Of a stretch of 64,000 bases of DNA, positions 12,839 through 24,932 are shown one piece after another. The notes beneath the pieces are model-generated. The model had not been told where the DNA came from and did not search any database. It saw nothing but the letters and a program-made list of their open reading frames with translations. Source of the stretch: Felis catus (lineage: Eukaryota); NCBI RefSeq assembly GCF_018350175.1, contig NC_058368.1, forward strand, positions 171,680,001 through 171,744,000, read 5' to 3'. Every line of letters begins with the position of its first letter. The first letter of the stretch is position 1. The position numbers and the translations under genes are program-made.

Positions 12839-13292
12839 TTTTTTTTAGTTTTTTAAAGAACCGATTAACATTCTTTGCCTATTGGATTGAGAGAGATCCC
12901 AAGATGGCCAAGAGTGGGTAAAAAGGGCACTTTGATACATTGTTGGTGGGGTTGTAAATTGATTCAGGCTCTCTGGAGTGCAATCTGTCATAAATACAAT
13001 AATTTAAATATGTGTACACTTTAAACCAGAAATTCAACATCTAGGAATTTAGAGATTTACCACAGCATGTTTATAATATTAACTCTCTTTAAACAATCCA
13101 CATGCTCAATAATAGGGAGTTGTTATATTAATTCTAGTGGATGTGTCTAATAAAATTCCAAGCAGCTATTAGAAAAGATGAAATGGATGTATATAAACTG
13201 ACATGGAAAGTTATCCAAGGTACACAGTGAGGTTAAAAAAAAAAAAAAAAGAACAGCTTATATAATAGTGCATATAGAAAGGTCCATTTTTG

Positions 13293-14473
13293 ACATGGAA
13301 AATCCGATGGACTCCACCAAAAGTCTGCTAGAACTGATACATGAATTCAGCAAAGTTGCAGGATACAAAATCAGTGTACAAAAATCAGTTGCATTCTTAT
13401 ACACTAACAATGAAGCAACAGAAAGACAAATAAAGAAACTGATCCCATTCACAATTGCACCAAGAAGCATAAAATACCTAGGAATAAATCTAACCAAAGA
13501 TGTAAAAGATCTGTATGCTGAAAACTATAGAAAGCTTATGAAGGTAATTGAAGAAGATATAAAGAAATGGAAAGACATTCCCTGCTCATGGATTGGAAGA
13601 ATAAATATTGTCAAAATGTCAATACTACCCAAAGCTATCTACACATTCAATGCAATCCCAATCAAAATTGCACCAGCATTCTTCTCGAAGCTAGAACAAG
13701 CAATCCTAAAATTCATATGGAACCACAAAAGGCCCCGAATAGCCAAAGGAATTTTGAAGAAGAAGACCAAAGCAGGAGGCATCACAATCCCAGACTTTAG
13801 CCTCTACTACAAAGCTGTCATCATCAAGACAGCATGGTATTGGCACAAAAACAGACACATAGACCAATGGAATAGAATAGAAACCCCAGAACTACCACAA
13901 ACGTATGGCCAACTCATCTTTGACAAAGCAGGAAAGAACATCCAATGGAAAAAAGACAGTCTCTTTAACAAATGGTGCTGGGAGAACTGGACAGCAACAT
14001 GCAGAAGGTTGAAACTAGACCACTTTCTCACACCATTCACAAAAATAAACTCAAAATGGATAAAGGACCTGAATGTGAGACAGGAAACCATCAAAATCTT
14101 AGAGGAGAAAGCAGGAAAAGACCTCTCTGACCTCAGCCGTAGCAATCTCTTACTCGACACATCCCCAAAGGCAAGGGAATTAAAAGCAAAAGTGAATTAC
14201 TGGGACCTTATGAAGATAAAAAGCTTCTGCACAGCAAAGGAAACAACCAACAAAACTAAAAGGCAACCAACGGAATGGGAAAAGATATTTGCAAATGACA
14301 TATCGGACAAAGGGCTAGTATCCAAAATCTATAAAGAGCTCACCAAACTCCACACCCGAAAAACAAACAACCCAGTGAAGAAATGGGCAGAAAACATGAA
14401 AAGACACTTCTCTAAAGAAGACATCCGGATGGCCAATAGGCACATGAAAAGATGTTCAACGTCGCTCCTTATC
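13293..14473 (+). mobile_element. young L1 ORF2 internal fragment (end of RT to C-terminal region), 5'- and 3'-truncated, flanked by a 17-bp TSD
   Basis: ORF 13268-14524 encodes L1 ORF2p motifs ([43 protein letters not shown]); direct repeat agaaaggtccatttttg at 13276-13292 and 14474-14490. Confidence 0.95.
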
Positions 14474-14624
14474 AGAAAGGTCCATTTTTGTTTTTTAAAG
14501 AAAGTTTGGATTTTTTCACAATGAGCATTAGTTTAAATGAAAATAGATTTTTTTACATTAAGTAAAAGAATGTCATTAGTGGTTAACAAAATTAACCTTC
14601 TTTTAAAAATGAAGTACTTTTTTT

Positions 14625-14843
14625 GAGGCACCTGAGTTGCTCAGTCAGTTGAGCGTCCTGCTTCAGCTTAGGTCATGATCTCTCAGTCCATGAGTTCAAG
14701 CCCCACATCAGGCTCTGTGTTGACGGCTCAAGGCCTGGAGCCTGCTTTGGATTCTGCGTCACCCTCTCTCCCTCTCTCTCTGCCCTACCCCCCTCCCCCC
14801 CGTTCACACTGTCTCTCTAAAAATAAATAAACATTAAAAAAAA
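14625..14843 (+). mobile_element. Can-SINE
   Basis: SINE head, core and A tail. Confidence 0.9.
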
Positions 14844-15258
14844 TTCTTTTTAAATGAACTACCTTTCTAGGTTCTAACCTGGACTCTAATGACTATTTTA
14901 CCTGCTTCGTATATTCTCGTTCATACCCTGAATAAAGCATATCAGGTTAATTTCATTAACATCAATTTAATGATATGGATATTTATCCACCTATAGAAAT
15001 TTGAGGAAAGAATGGGGAAATTAGCTTTAGTTACCCCACATTTTTTTGATTTTAGGTCTAACTAGCCACATGATCTTAAAGAAGTCCCATCATCTATGCC
15101 TCGGAATGTTCTTCTATAAAGGACCTGGGACTTGTATTCTGGTGCTTCTAGATCTTCATGCCCAGCATGCTGCTTTCCCATCCTTTTCTTCTGGAAACAA
15201 CACATTGCCTTCTTGTGAGGGTGGTATCCCAGGGAAGGAACAACCCAGTATAACATCT

Positions 15259-15293
<35 letters not shown>

Positions 15294-15524
15294 AAGAAGT
15301 TGAGCTCTGAACTCAATGTCTGGCCTTCTTATTCTGACATTAAGAAGTTGCCAAGGAAAACTGAAAACAGTCATTCACTCCAGGGAGGGAACATGGATGG
15401 TTGGTGGACAAGAACAGAGTAGAGACTTACCATTTTCTTACGTTCACCTTTGTACATTTGGAATTTTGAATCCTATTATTCTGTACATGTATTACCTAGT
15501 CAGTACATAAATAAATATTTTTAA

Positions 15525-15736
15525 ATATTTTTTTAACGTTTATTCATTTTTGAGACAGAGAGAGACAGAGCATGAACAGGGGAGGGGCAGAGAGAGAGGG
15601 AGACACAGAATCTGAAACAGGCTTCACGCTCTGAGCCATCAGCCCAGAGCCCGACACGGGGCTTGAACTCACGGATCATGAGATAATGACCTGAGCCGAA
15701 GTCAGACGCTTAACCGACCAAGCCACCCAGGTGCCC
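15525..15736 (-). mobile_element. Can-SINE
   Basis: reverse-strand SINE core and head. Confidence 0.9.
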
Positions 15737-15838
15737 CTAAATAACTTTTTAAAAAATGAAGTGTAGTTTATGATCTCATTTCCTTATATGGGCATGCATA
15801 GAATAAGGACTAGATTTATGTATGTGAAAATATCAACA

Positions 15839-15958
15839 GGGGTGCCTGCGTGGCTCAGTCGGTTAAGCCTCTGACTTTGGCTTAGATCATGATCTCACGG
15901 TTCGTGGGTTCAACCCCACATCTGTCTCTGTGCTAACAGCTTAGAGCCTGCTTCAAAT

Positions 15959-16002
<44 letters not shown>

Positions 16003-16071
16003 CCTCCCCTGCTTGTGCTGTGTCTCTGTCTCTCAAAAATAAATAAATGTTAAAAAAAAAAGTTAAAAAAA
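15839..16071 (+). mobile_element. Can-SINE
   Basis: ggggtgcctgcgtggctcagtcgg head, (CT)n, A tail. Confidence 0.9.
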
Positions 16072-17560
16072 TATGAACAGCAATTATCTCTGTCAAAGTG
16101 TGAGTGAATTTTGTCTTCTTTTCTATGATTTTGTTTATTTTTTATAAATTTTCTTCCATGAATATTACTCCTATGGCCAGATAAGGTTTTGTTTTTTATT
16201 TTAAGCATTAATTACATAAAATAAAAAATGTAAACTAAAGAACAAAATGGGGACAAATTAGTACACCAAAACAAAGGGGAAGCCATAAAATCTCCATTAG
16301 CAACCATGTCACCTGACACAGGCAAGTGCTGAGTAGATGGCCTATGAATCACTCACTTCAGCCCCTGAATCCTCATGCCTTCTCTCACTGTGAGCTGTTT
16401 TCTCAGCTTAAAGCCCCCCTCTTCCTAAAACCCTCCTCTCTCAAAACCCCCATCTGCTCCCCCGCTTTCATCCATTTGCTGCTGAGGCATCCACTTTGCT
16501 CTTCCTTCTCCATGGAGCTCCCTTGACTCCCAAGTTTGTTTTGGGTCCCCATCCAATCTGCATTATTACTACCCCCTTACCGGATTGTAGTTCCTGAAAT
16601 CAGGACCATGTTTGGCTTGATCACTTTTGTTTCCCAAGCATCTGTTACAGTGCTTGACATAGACTCTCAATAAATATGTGTTGAATGAATGAGATTACTT
16701 GTACAGGCTTTGTTTCTGGCATGCTACATGCACATTTCTTTTGAGCACTGTCACCTGGGCTCTATCTTGATTCTGTTCTAGAAAACTCTTACTTTCCCAG
16801 CTATCCATCTTCTTAACCAAAAGCAACTTTTGCTAATATGGTAATAAAGAGTTGGAATAAGCATATAACCATTGCTATATACTGAAATGTGCATGTTAGC
16901 CTAATGGGTTCTCATTGCCCTGTACATCACTGGGTTCTTTGGTTGGCACTTAGATATCTGAAGTGTTATGAGATAGTTCCTTATTTTCTGTAGAAATTAA
17001 CTTGGATGAGCAATTATGGCAATAGTAAACACTTTAGACCTTAGTGCAAACTTATAGACCAGAGTTTGCACTCAAGTTGTAGTGAATAAATACTGAATGC
17101 TATTAGAAGTTGCACTTGAGCTGATAACCAAGATATAGTGATAAAAGAGTTGCAGTAATCTGTTCCTTTAGAAGGCTGTGTTGAGTTGCCTAAAATGAAA
17201 AGCAATCTCTATCTAATAATTCATTCAGTCTGGGTTTAGAGCATGCTTTATTGATATTATATAGTTATTGTCGGTGACATTATGAAACAGCAGCAAGTCA
17301 TACAATTACATAGGACCTGTAGCATATGAAATCTGGAAGAACTTTTAATGATCACATAATCCCACCCACTAATTATTTTACAGATGAAGACTGAAACACA
17401 AAGAAATGAAGTATATAGCTCTTGGCAGAGTTGAGTTTGACCACAAGACTCCTGCCCTTAAGTCTTAATTAATTAATTTTTTTTAAATTTATAACTTTCC
17501 ACTACTTATAATATAACCCCAGCCAGAACTCTAGGAAAGTATGAAATTAATTTAAGCTTT

Positions 17561-17561
<1 letters not shown>

Positions 17562-17595
<34 letters not shown>
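17562..17595. repeat. (TG)n microsatellite
   Basis: direct reading. Confidence 0.95.
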
Positions 17596-17601
<6 letters not shown>

Positions 17602-17695
17602 CATGTATCACTAGTGTATATCTGAGTATGCTTAGTCCAGGCATAGGTAGGATAAAGTAATATTTAAGAGATTTATATCCAATAATAATTAAATT

Positions 17696-17870
17696 ACTGT
17701 ATTTCATTGAATCTAAGATGCCACCAATTACATTAACAACTTATTTTACTGCTAGGAGAGAAAGAAAAACTGTCAGCTAATTGAAGATACTATCAATTGT
17801 AGGAAATAGCCCAATTTCAGAAATATTAACATGAAAAAAATGTCATTTTGAAAATTGAAGAAGTATGGTG
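17696..17870. mobile_element. MER104-like Tc2 MITE relic
   Basis: degenerate terminal inverted repeats tactgtatttcattgaatctaagatgc ... gaagaagtatggt. Confidence 0.55.
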
Positions 17871-18835
17871 TTTGTTAGGATTGCGTTTATACTATTCTTT
17901 TCTCCTAAAGTAATATATTTAATATTGTTAATGTCTGTATATTTTTACCATGTTCATTGGTAAATATAAGTGGTGGACACAGGTACAAATATTTTCATGT
18001 AACAGATGCAGATAAGAAAGAATGCATGTATATAATTTTTTTTTTGTAAATCAAATGATATCAGGGTGCTTTTAAAAATCCAACTTAAACCAATCTTTAA
18101 AATCGAGTTTATTGCCTCACTGACTATAAATTTCAAACAACATCCAAGAACTGACTCTGATTCTGTCTGTCCTTTCACCTCTACCACCTCCATGTATTGG
18201 TCTTGAACTCAGCCCAGCTTCTCTTGAAGCAGTCAGATGCTGGAATAGTTCCAAGACTCACATCTGGTATCCACACTACACCCAGCAAAGGGAGCCAACC
18301 TTCCTAACTCTCTTAGTTGGAGGCCCCAGGTTCACTCTGATTGACCAGCTTGAGTCATAAGCAGTTCCGTGGAGTCATTAGAACATGGATTCCAGAGTCA
18401 AACAGACTGAGTTAGACTCCAGCCCACCTCACTATTTACAAACTCTGTGCCTCAGAGCATCATAGACAAGGGGTTATATTAGCACCGACATGATGTGGCT
18501 ATTGTGAAGATTCAGTGGACTAATGCAATGCTGAAAACAGTGCCTTGCCCTTAGTAAACACTATGAAAGTGTTGTTTATGATGATGATGAAGATGATGAT
18601 GATGATGTCATCCACCCCTGAAGCAATGACAGTGGCTAAAGGAGACTTGTGCTGAATGGCTTAGCCTAAGTTAAAAGATACCTCCAGAGTGATAGGCAGA
18701 ATTTGCTTCTGTGGAATCACATGAGTCCCCAAATAGGGGCACTGGGAAGGAATGACTAGGCAATGAGGCATAAGAACAAGTAGAAGTAACCTACAAATGT
18801 CCATTATACAAATCATAGTTTAAATGCACAGTGCT

Positions 18836-19070
18836 GGGGTGCCTGGGTGGCTCAGTCAGTTGAGCATCTGACTCTTGGCTTTGGCTCAGGTCATGAGCCT
18901 GTTTTATGGGTGTGAGCCCCGTGTCAGGTTCTGCACTGGCAGCACAGAGCCTGCTTGGGATTCTCTACCTCTTGCTTTCTGTGTCCCTCCCCCACTCACA
19001 CTGTCTCTGTCTCTCTCAAAATAAATAAATGAACTTAAAAATGTTTTAATAAAATGAAATAAAATAAATA
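18836..19070 (+). mobile_element. Can-SINE
   Basis: SINE head, core and tail. Confidence 0.9.
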
Positions 19071-20121
19071 CACAGGGTTGTTTGACAAGTCATACTCTAA
19101 GATGAAGACCATGTGTTCAAGGTAACTAGTTATTCTGTGCCTTTCATTTTTGACAAATATGTCTTTCCATTCACCAGATTTCCATGTTATATAAGTTAGA
19201 CATTTTTCAAATGCAGACTCTCCTTGTCCTCGCATATTTCCATTCATTTTGCTACTCAGTACTCATTGACAGTCCACCATGTACCAGGCTTAGCAGTGAA
19301 CAAACCAGACGTGGTCTCTGATCTCATGGAGTTTGCAGTGTAACAGAATGCCAGCTCTCAGCAAGTATTAATCTTCCTTTAGCTACATCACTATTACATA
19401 AAATAGAAGTACAAATAGGACCCTAGAAAATCAATATGTGAATTTTTTTATTGAGTAGTTTATTTTTAACTACAGTATTGTAAATACAAATGCATTTTAT
19501 GTGTCCATCTTCTTAGTAGACTATAAGCTGCCTGAAGGCAGAGGCAATACCCTATTCGCTTTTTTTATCTGTAACACCTAGCATACTGCCTGGCACACCC
19601 TACGTATCTACAGCTTTTAATTAATTAATTTGGTCTATACTCCAAAGCAATAGTGTGTATGGCTAGGGTGGGTAAGAGGTAGAGAGGCAATCCCTGAGTA
19701 TCCAAAAGATAGTGTTGATTTTGCAATTTATGATAACTTGAGGTTAAAGTTTTCCTTCCTATTATCTAAGCAAAATATGGCATATAATCCACCTCTGAAA
19801 ATAAACCCCAATTTTCATTTGGGCATTTTCTCCAAATTTCCTTCCAAGTACATATGGCCATGTGGGTCAGACCTGGCCAATGAAATGTATGTGTTAAGTA
19901 TTAAATGATACTTCCTGAGAGTCTTTCAAAAGTCTTCCCAAAAGTCTTTAAAAAGAAGGACCGAGACATGCAATATCTCTGTCCTCCCTCCTAGTGGCTG
20001 GAATTTGAATATGATGACTAGAGCATAAATAGCCAGCTAAAGATGATGGTAAGGGAAGAAGAAAGGAGCCTGTACTCAGCGAGCATGAAGGCACAACACC
20101 AAGGTTGGCAGCCTATCTTTG

Positions 20122-20190
20122 GGCGGCGGCGGCGGCGGCGGCGGCTTCTTCTTCTTCTTCTTCTTCTTCTTCTTCTTCTTCTTCTTCTTC
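20122..20190. repeat. compound microsatellite (GGC)8(TTC)15
   Basis: direct count: GGC x8 at 20122-20145, TTC x15 at 20146-20190. Confidence 0.95.
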
Positions 20191-20390
20191 TTTTTAATGT
20201 GTATTTATTTTTGAGAGAGAGAGAGAAAGAGCGCGAACAGGGGAGGGGCAAGACAGAGGGGGACAGAGAATCTGAAACAGGCTCTACGCTGAGAACAGAG
20301 AGCCAGACGCAAGGCTAGAACTCACAATCCATGAGATCATGACCTGAGCCGAAGTCGGATGCTTTAACTGACTGAGCCACCCAGGTGCCC
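20146..20390 (-). mobile_element. Can-SINE whose A tail has become (GAA)n, inserted in an old MLT1 LTR relic (~19780-20520)
   Basis: SINE core on minus; flanks contain MLT1-like phrases (ctggccaatgaaatg, gctggaatttgaatatgatg). Confidence 0.85.
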
Positions 20391-22584
20391 TGGGCTGCTT
20401 TATGAGAATGGAAGAAAAAAATGTCCATCTGTTCACATCCTTGTTGTTTGTTTTTGGGGGGTTGCTTGTTTGTTGTCTCTTTGTTATAGGTGACCAAATG
20501 TAATCCCGGTTGAAATCCATACCCATATACTCAACTGTGTAAGATAGCAAGAAACCAAATAACCTCCATAACCTTGTTAAGAACCACTTGCTTATGTGCT
20601 ATATGCCACTCTTGAAATAATTTTTGTCTATTACTGAATGAAAATATTTAACTTCTCTGATTCTGTGTATCCTTAAATTACTAAACTTCATTTTTTGAAA
20701 ATCTATAAATGAATTTCTTAATTCAGAAAGAGTTAAGAGGAAAATTCTTCAAAAAAAATTAAGAGGAAAAGGGATTTATTCACCTGCAAAAGTCACCGTG
20801 GCCACCTCCAAAAGCAGCCTGTCCTGTCTTTGCCCCTCCTTTGGCTACTCTGGGCTTGGGAAACAGGAAGGGGGTCAGAAGGCAAAGGTGGGGTGAAGGT
20901 ATACTGCAGAATGACTTCTTCTCTGAAGTCATTGTAATTAACTTTTTAAAATCTACAGCCCTATTCTCCATGCCTTGTTATATAATTAACCTCACCCGAA
21001 CTTCTAAACTCTACAACAAAGACCAGACCAGTATTATTATCTTCCTGATGTTTAGTAAACCCAGGCTCGGGGAGGTGACAGTACCTCCCAAGTAAATGGT
21101 GTTGCAGGGGGAGAAAGTCTGTTCCACTAAGTCATGCTATCATTGTCCACACACCACTTTCTTGAGTAAAAGCAAAAAGAAAAAACAAACAAACAAACAA
21201 AAAAGATGTGCTTCTCCTGCTCAGTCTGATTTAACAAAGGCTCCCGTGGGACTATCTGAAGTTGAGTAATCAATACCTATTCTCTTTTTCCTTTCTTGGA
21301 TTTTAGATTTTGCAAACGGCCTTTGGTGGAAGAATTGGTTTGTGTGTGGGGGGGGGGGGGGAGATTAAGGCATAAGCAAGAGAGCCTTATTGATATTTCA
21401 GTCTCTCCCCAGACTACACTCCTGAATGACTGAGGCCCCTGCCTGCTAGGCTGGCAGATCCCCTGACTGATAGAAGCTGCCAGCACACTTCAGCTGGCAC
21501 CCCAGCAAACATATGGTGTCAGGGTCAATATTTACCTTCATTAAACGTGTGCAGCACTTCATCTATTTATTTATTTATTCAGCAGGCAATTAGGCTTTAC
21601 GGAACAAAATCCCTTTGTTCTCTACATGGGTTACTGAATATCAGAGCCATGGAAAACAGCTTTTAGACAAGACCATCCAATCTTTAGTGTGCAATGTGTG
21701 CATGCATTTGCTTCCCCTATGAGAGGAAAAAGGAATACATACACACACGTATGCACATAAAAATAGATTGGGAATATGTTATTATTATATATAATATGTA
21801 ACATATTTGAAAGCATATTATTAATATATCCTATATATTATTTGGGAAACATTATATGGTATTCTTTTGAATTAGGCATACACCACATCAATATGTTTGT
21901 GTTTTTTGGTAACAGAGGCTTTTGCAAACAGAAAGGATTATTTGGGAACATTGCTTTAAAAAAATAAGTAATGTATTGAAGTTAAAAATGAAAAATCTAG
22001 GTCTTTCTTGAGATTTTAGTTCATTTACAAATCTTATTGTTCTGTTCATAAAAGTAACAAAGTTTAACAAGTACTTTAAGGCAGTTTTGACTAATGTATT
22101 GAATTAATATAAAAACTTAGTTAATAAAAAATACCCTTAAACATTTTAAACTGTATTTATACATTTTTCTATCTGGAGTATTTCAGTTATCTTAAGAACA
22201 AGTAAAACCTTTTTAAGAACCTAAATTACTCTTAAACATGGATGTTAAGCATATTTTTCTTTTTTTTTCTTTTTTTTTTTGGATGTTAAGCATATTTTTA
22301 AATGCCTTTAGATTTCTAATATGGTTTTTAAACTTAGCAAGATATTCTTATATTTTCCAGCTTATAGTCACAAGTTTAAATTAATTATTCACTTACAAGT
22401 TTACATTGGAAACAAGGCTGCTTGTTTATTCTAATAGACTCAATTCCCTTAAATATTACAAAGACTTAAGTACCAAATATGCACAGGTCCCTTAGCACAA
22501 AAATCATTGATTCCCGGGTTTTGCTTCTATACCTAATTCTAAATCTTCCTGAGGTTAAAATATGCTTTAAAATTAAGGACATAT

Positions 22585-22770
22585 GGGCATCTGGGTGGCT
22601 CAGTCAGTTAAGAGTCCAACTCTCTTGATTTTGGCTCATGACATGATCTCAGGGTTGTGAGACTGAGCCCTGCATCAGGCTCTGTGCTAACAGCATGGAG
22701 CCTGCTTAGAATTCTCTCCCTCCCCCCTCAAAATAAATAAGTGAACTTAAAATAATTTAAAAAATAAAAT
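22585..22770 (+). mobile_element. Can-SINE
   Basis: SINE head and tail; direct repeat aaaattaaggacata on both flanks. Confidence 0.88.
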
Positions 22771-23770
22771 TAAGGACATAAAATCAGCCCAAGTAATTTT
22801 AGAGTTACTGTCTGAGCATGCTCACATTCCTTCAAGATCACAGAAACTAATTGGGACATGAGGTTAAGGGTTAGAAAGATGCAGCACCTATGGTCAGGCA
22901 GAGCTCTTTCTCACTGTCACTATGTCAAATCTAAGTGACTGGGCTCTTGTCTCTCCTGACCCCACAGGGTTGTGGGCTCTTGACAGTAGACATGCTAGAA
23001 ACATTTCTCCCTTTTCTGGGGTCACCACACCTGGCACTTGAGCCAGTAGCCTGGTAGAAGATTTCTCCCTCTCCTTCAATTCGTAACCTATCCAAGCAAT
23101 GACCAGATTCTTTCTATGTCACCTACAACCTCTGAAATCCATATCACATCTGCCCTGCCTGTCCTTCCAAGCTTCCTCATTCGCCTTGCCTCTCATTACT
23201 CAGTAGCCCACTCACCAGTCTTGCCTGTGCCAGAGGCTCTACCTCAAGCCACCTCCTTCAATCATGGCGATAACAAACACCCCACCACCACCATCCACCA
23301 CCACAGCCATTTACCAGCACCTTCTGCAAAGCAGGCAACAAGTTGGGTGCTCCACCTGTGTTATCCCATTGTCTTTCACCAGGGCCCTGCTTAAGGTTTT
23401 TAAGATGAGTAAGTTGAAGCTCAAAGAGTTTAAATAAGTTTTCAAGGTCATACAACTAGTGTGGAGATAAATCAAGATTTAAAGATATAAACCCAATGCT
23501 TAGCAGTTCTCCAAACAAGACTCATCTCCCTTCTCCACCTATAACACTCCTACTATTTTTCAAAACTATATCCATGGATCTCTTCCCTTGGGAAGACTGC
23601 CCTACTCCTGACCTAGTCTACTTTATCTCTGCCCTGGTTTGCCCCAGCACTTTCCACATCCCTTTTTCAGAGCACTAAGCACACTTTACTATAAACAATT
23701 CCCTGACACTTCTTTACCTTGCCAGCATCAAGGGAAATGCCTGACATGCTGATAATGAGCAGGCGGGGGC

Positions 23771-24016
23771 AGGGCATGCCTGGGTGGCTCAGTCAGTTGA
23801 GCATCTGACTTCAGCTCAGGTCATGATCTCATGGTTGGTTAGTTCGAGCCCCACATTGGGCTCAATGCTGTCAACATGGAGCCTGAGCCCCACATTGGGC
23901 TCAATGCTGTCAACATGGAGCCTGCTTCGGATCCTCTGTCCCCCCTCTCTCTCTTTGCCCCTCCCCTGCTCACACCCTCTCTCTCTTAAAAATAAATAAA
24001 CATTAAAAGAAATAAA
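23771..24016 (+). mobile_element. Can-SINE with internal 39-bp tandem duplication
   Basis: 23846-23884 equals 23885-23923. Confidence 0.9.
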
Positions 24017-24338
24017 TGAGCATGGAATGGGGACAGGAGGAAGCAAACAAACAGCTCCTCAAGCACAGATTTTAGAGACCAGAAGACTCTATTACTTACT
24101 AGCCCAGTCACATAAGGCAAGTCATTTAACCTCTCTGATCTTATTTCAATGATTAAATATGAATAATAATTCCTCTTGCCAGGTTTTTGTGAGAAAAGAA
24201 TTAAAACAAAGAATACTAGCATACTGCTTGACAAAAAAAGCCCAATAAATAATAGCTGCCATGATGATATCGTTATGGTTCCTGACCACCATTTCTGAGT
24301 AGTTGATGTGAATGATGTACATAAAATTGGAGTGTCTT

Positions 24339-24552
24339 GGGGCACCTGAGTGGCTCAGTCAGTTGAGCATTGGACTTCAGCTCAGGTCATGATCTCATAG
24401 TTTGTGAGTTCGAGCCCCACATCAGGCTCTGTGCTGACAGCTCAGAGCCTGGAGCCTGCTTCAGATTCTGTGTCTCCCTCTCTCTCTGACCCTCCCCCAT
24501 TTATGCTCTGTCTGTCTCTGTCTCAAAAATAAATGAACATTAAAAAAAAAAA
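24339..24552 (+). mobile_element. Can-SINE
   Basis: TSD aaaattggagtgtcttg on both sides. Confidence 0.92.
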
Positions 24553-24692
24553 TTGGAGTGTCTTGCAGACAAGAGCCTGGTCTCCCTGGGAACCAACAAT
24601 AAATTTGTGACTTCAGAATGTGTTTCCCATCTCTAGACATAGCTTCCTTTCAACCCAATTAGAGGACACTGAAAGTCACCCCTTTCCTATGG

Positions 24693-24932
24693 TTTTTTTT
24701 ATTTTTTATTTTTTACTTAAAAAAAAATTTTTTAACGTTTATTTATTTTTGAGACAGAGAGATAGCATGAACAGGGGAGGGTCAGAGAAAGAGGGAGACA
24801 CAGAATCCGAAGCAGGCTCCAGGCTCTGAGCTGCCAGCACAGAGCCTGACGCGGGGCTCGAACCCATGGACCACGAGATCATGACCTGAGCCGAAGTCGG
24901 ACGCTTAACTGACTGAGCCATCCAGGCACCCC
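24693..24932 (-). mobile_element. Can-SINE
   Basis: TSD tcctatggttt on both sides. Confidence 0.92.

Noticed and set aside
13268..14524. 418-aa ORF as a host gene
   Set aside because: It is L1 ORF2p sequence beginning near the end of the RT domain, with no endonuclease; an open frame is expected for a young insertion and does not show domestication.
15262..15289. Long poly(A) run as a retrocopy tail
   Set aside because: No convincing TSD and no recognisable transcript body upstream.
20018..20318. Poly-Arg and poly-Leu ORFs
   Set aside because: Translations of the (GGC)n(TTC)n microsatellite and the SINE.
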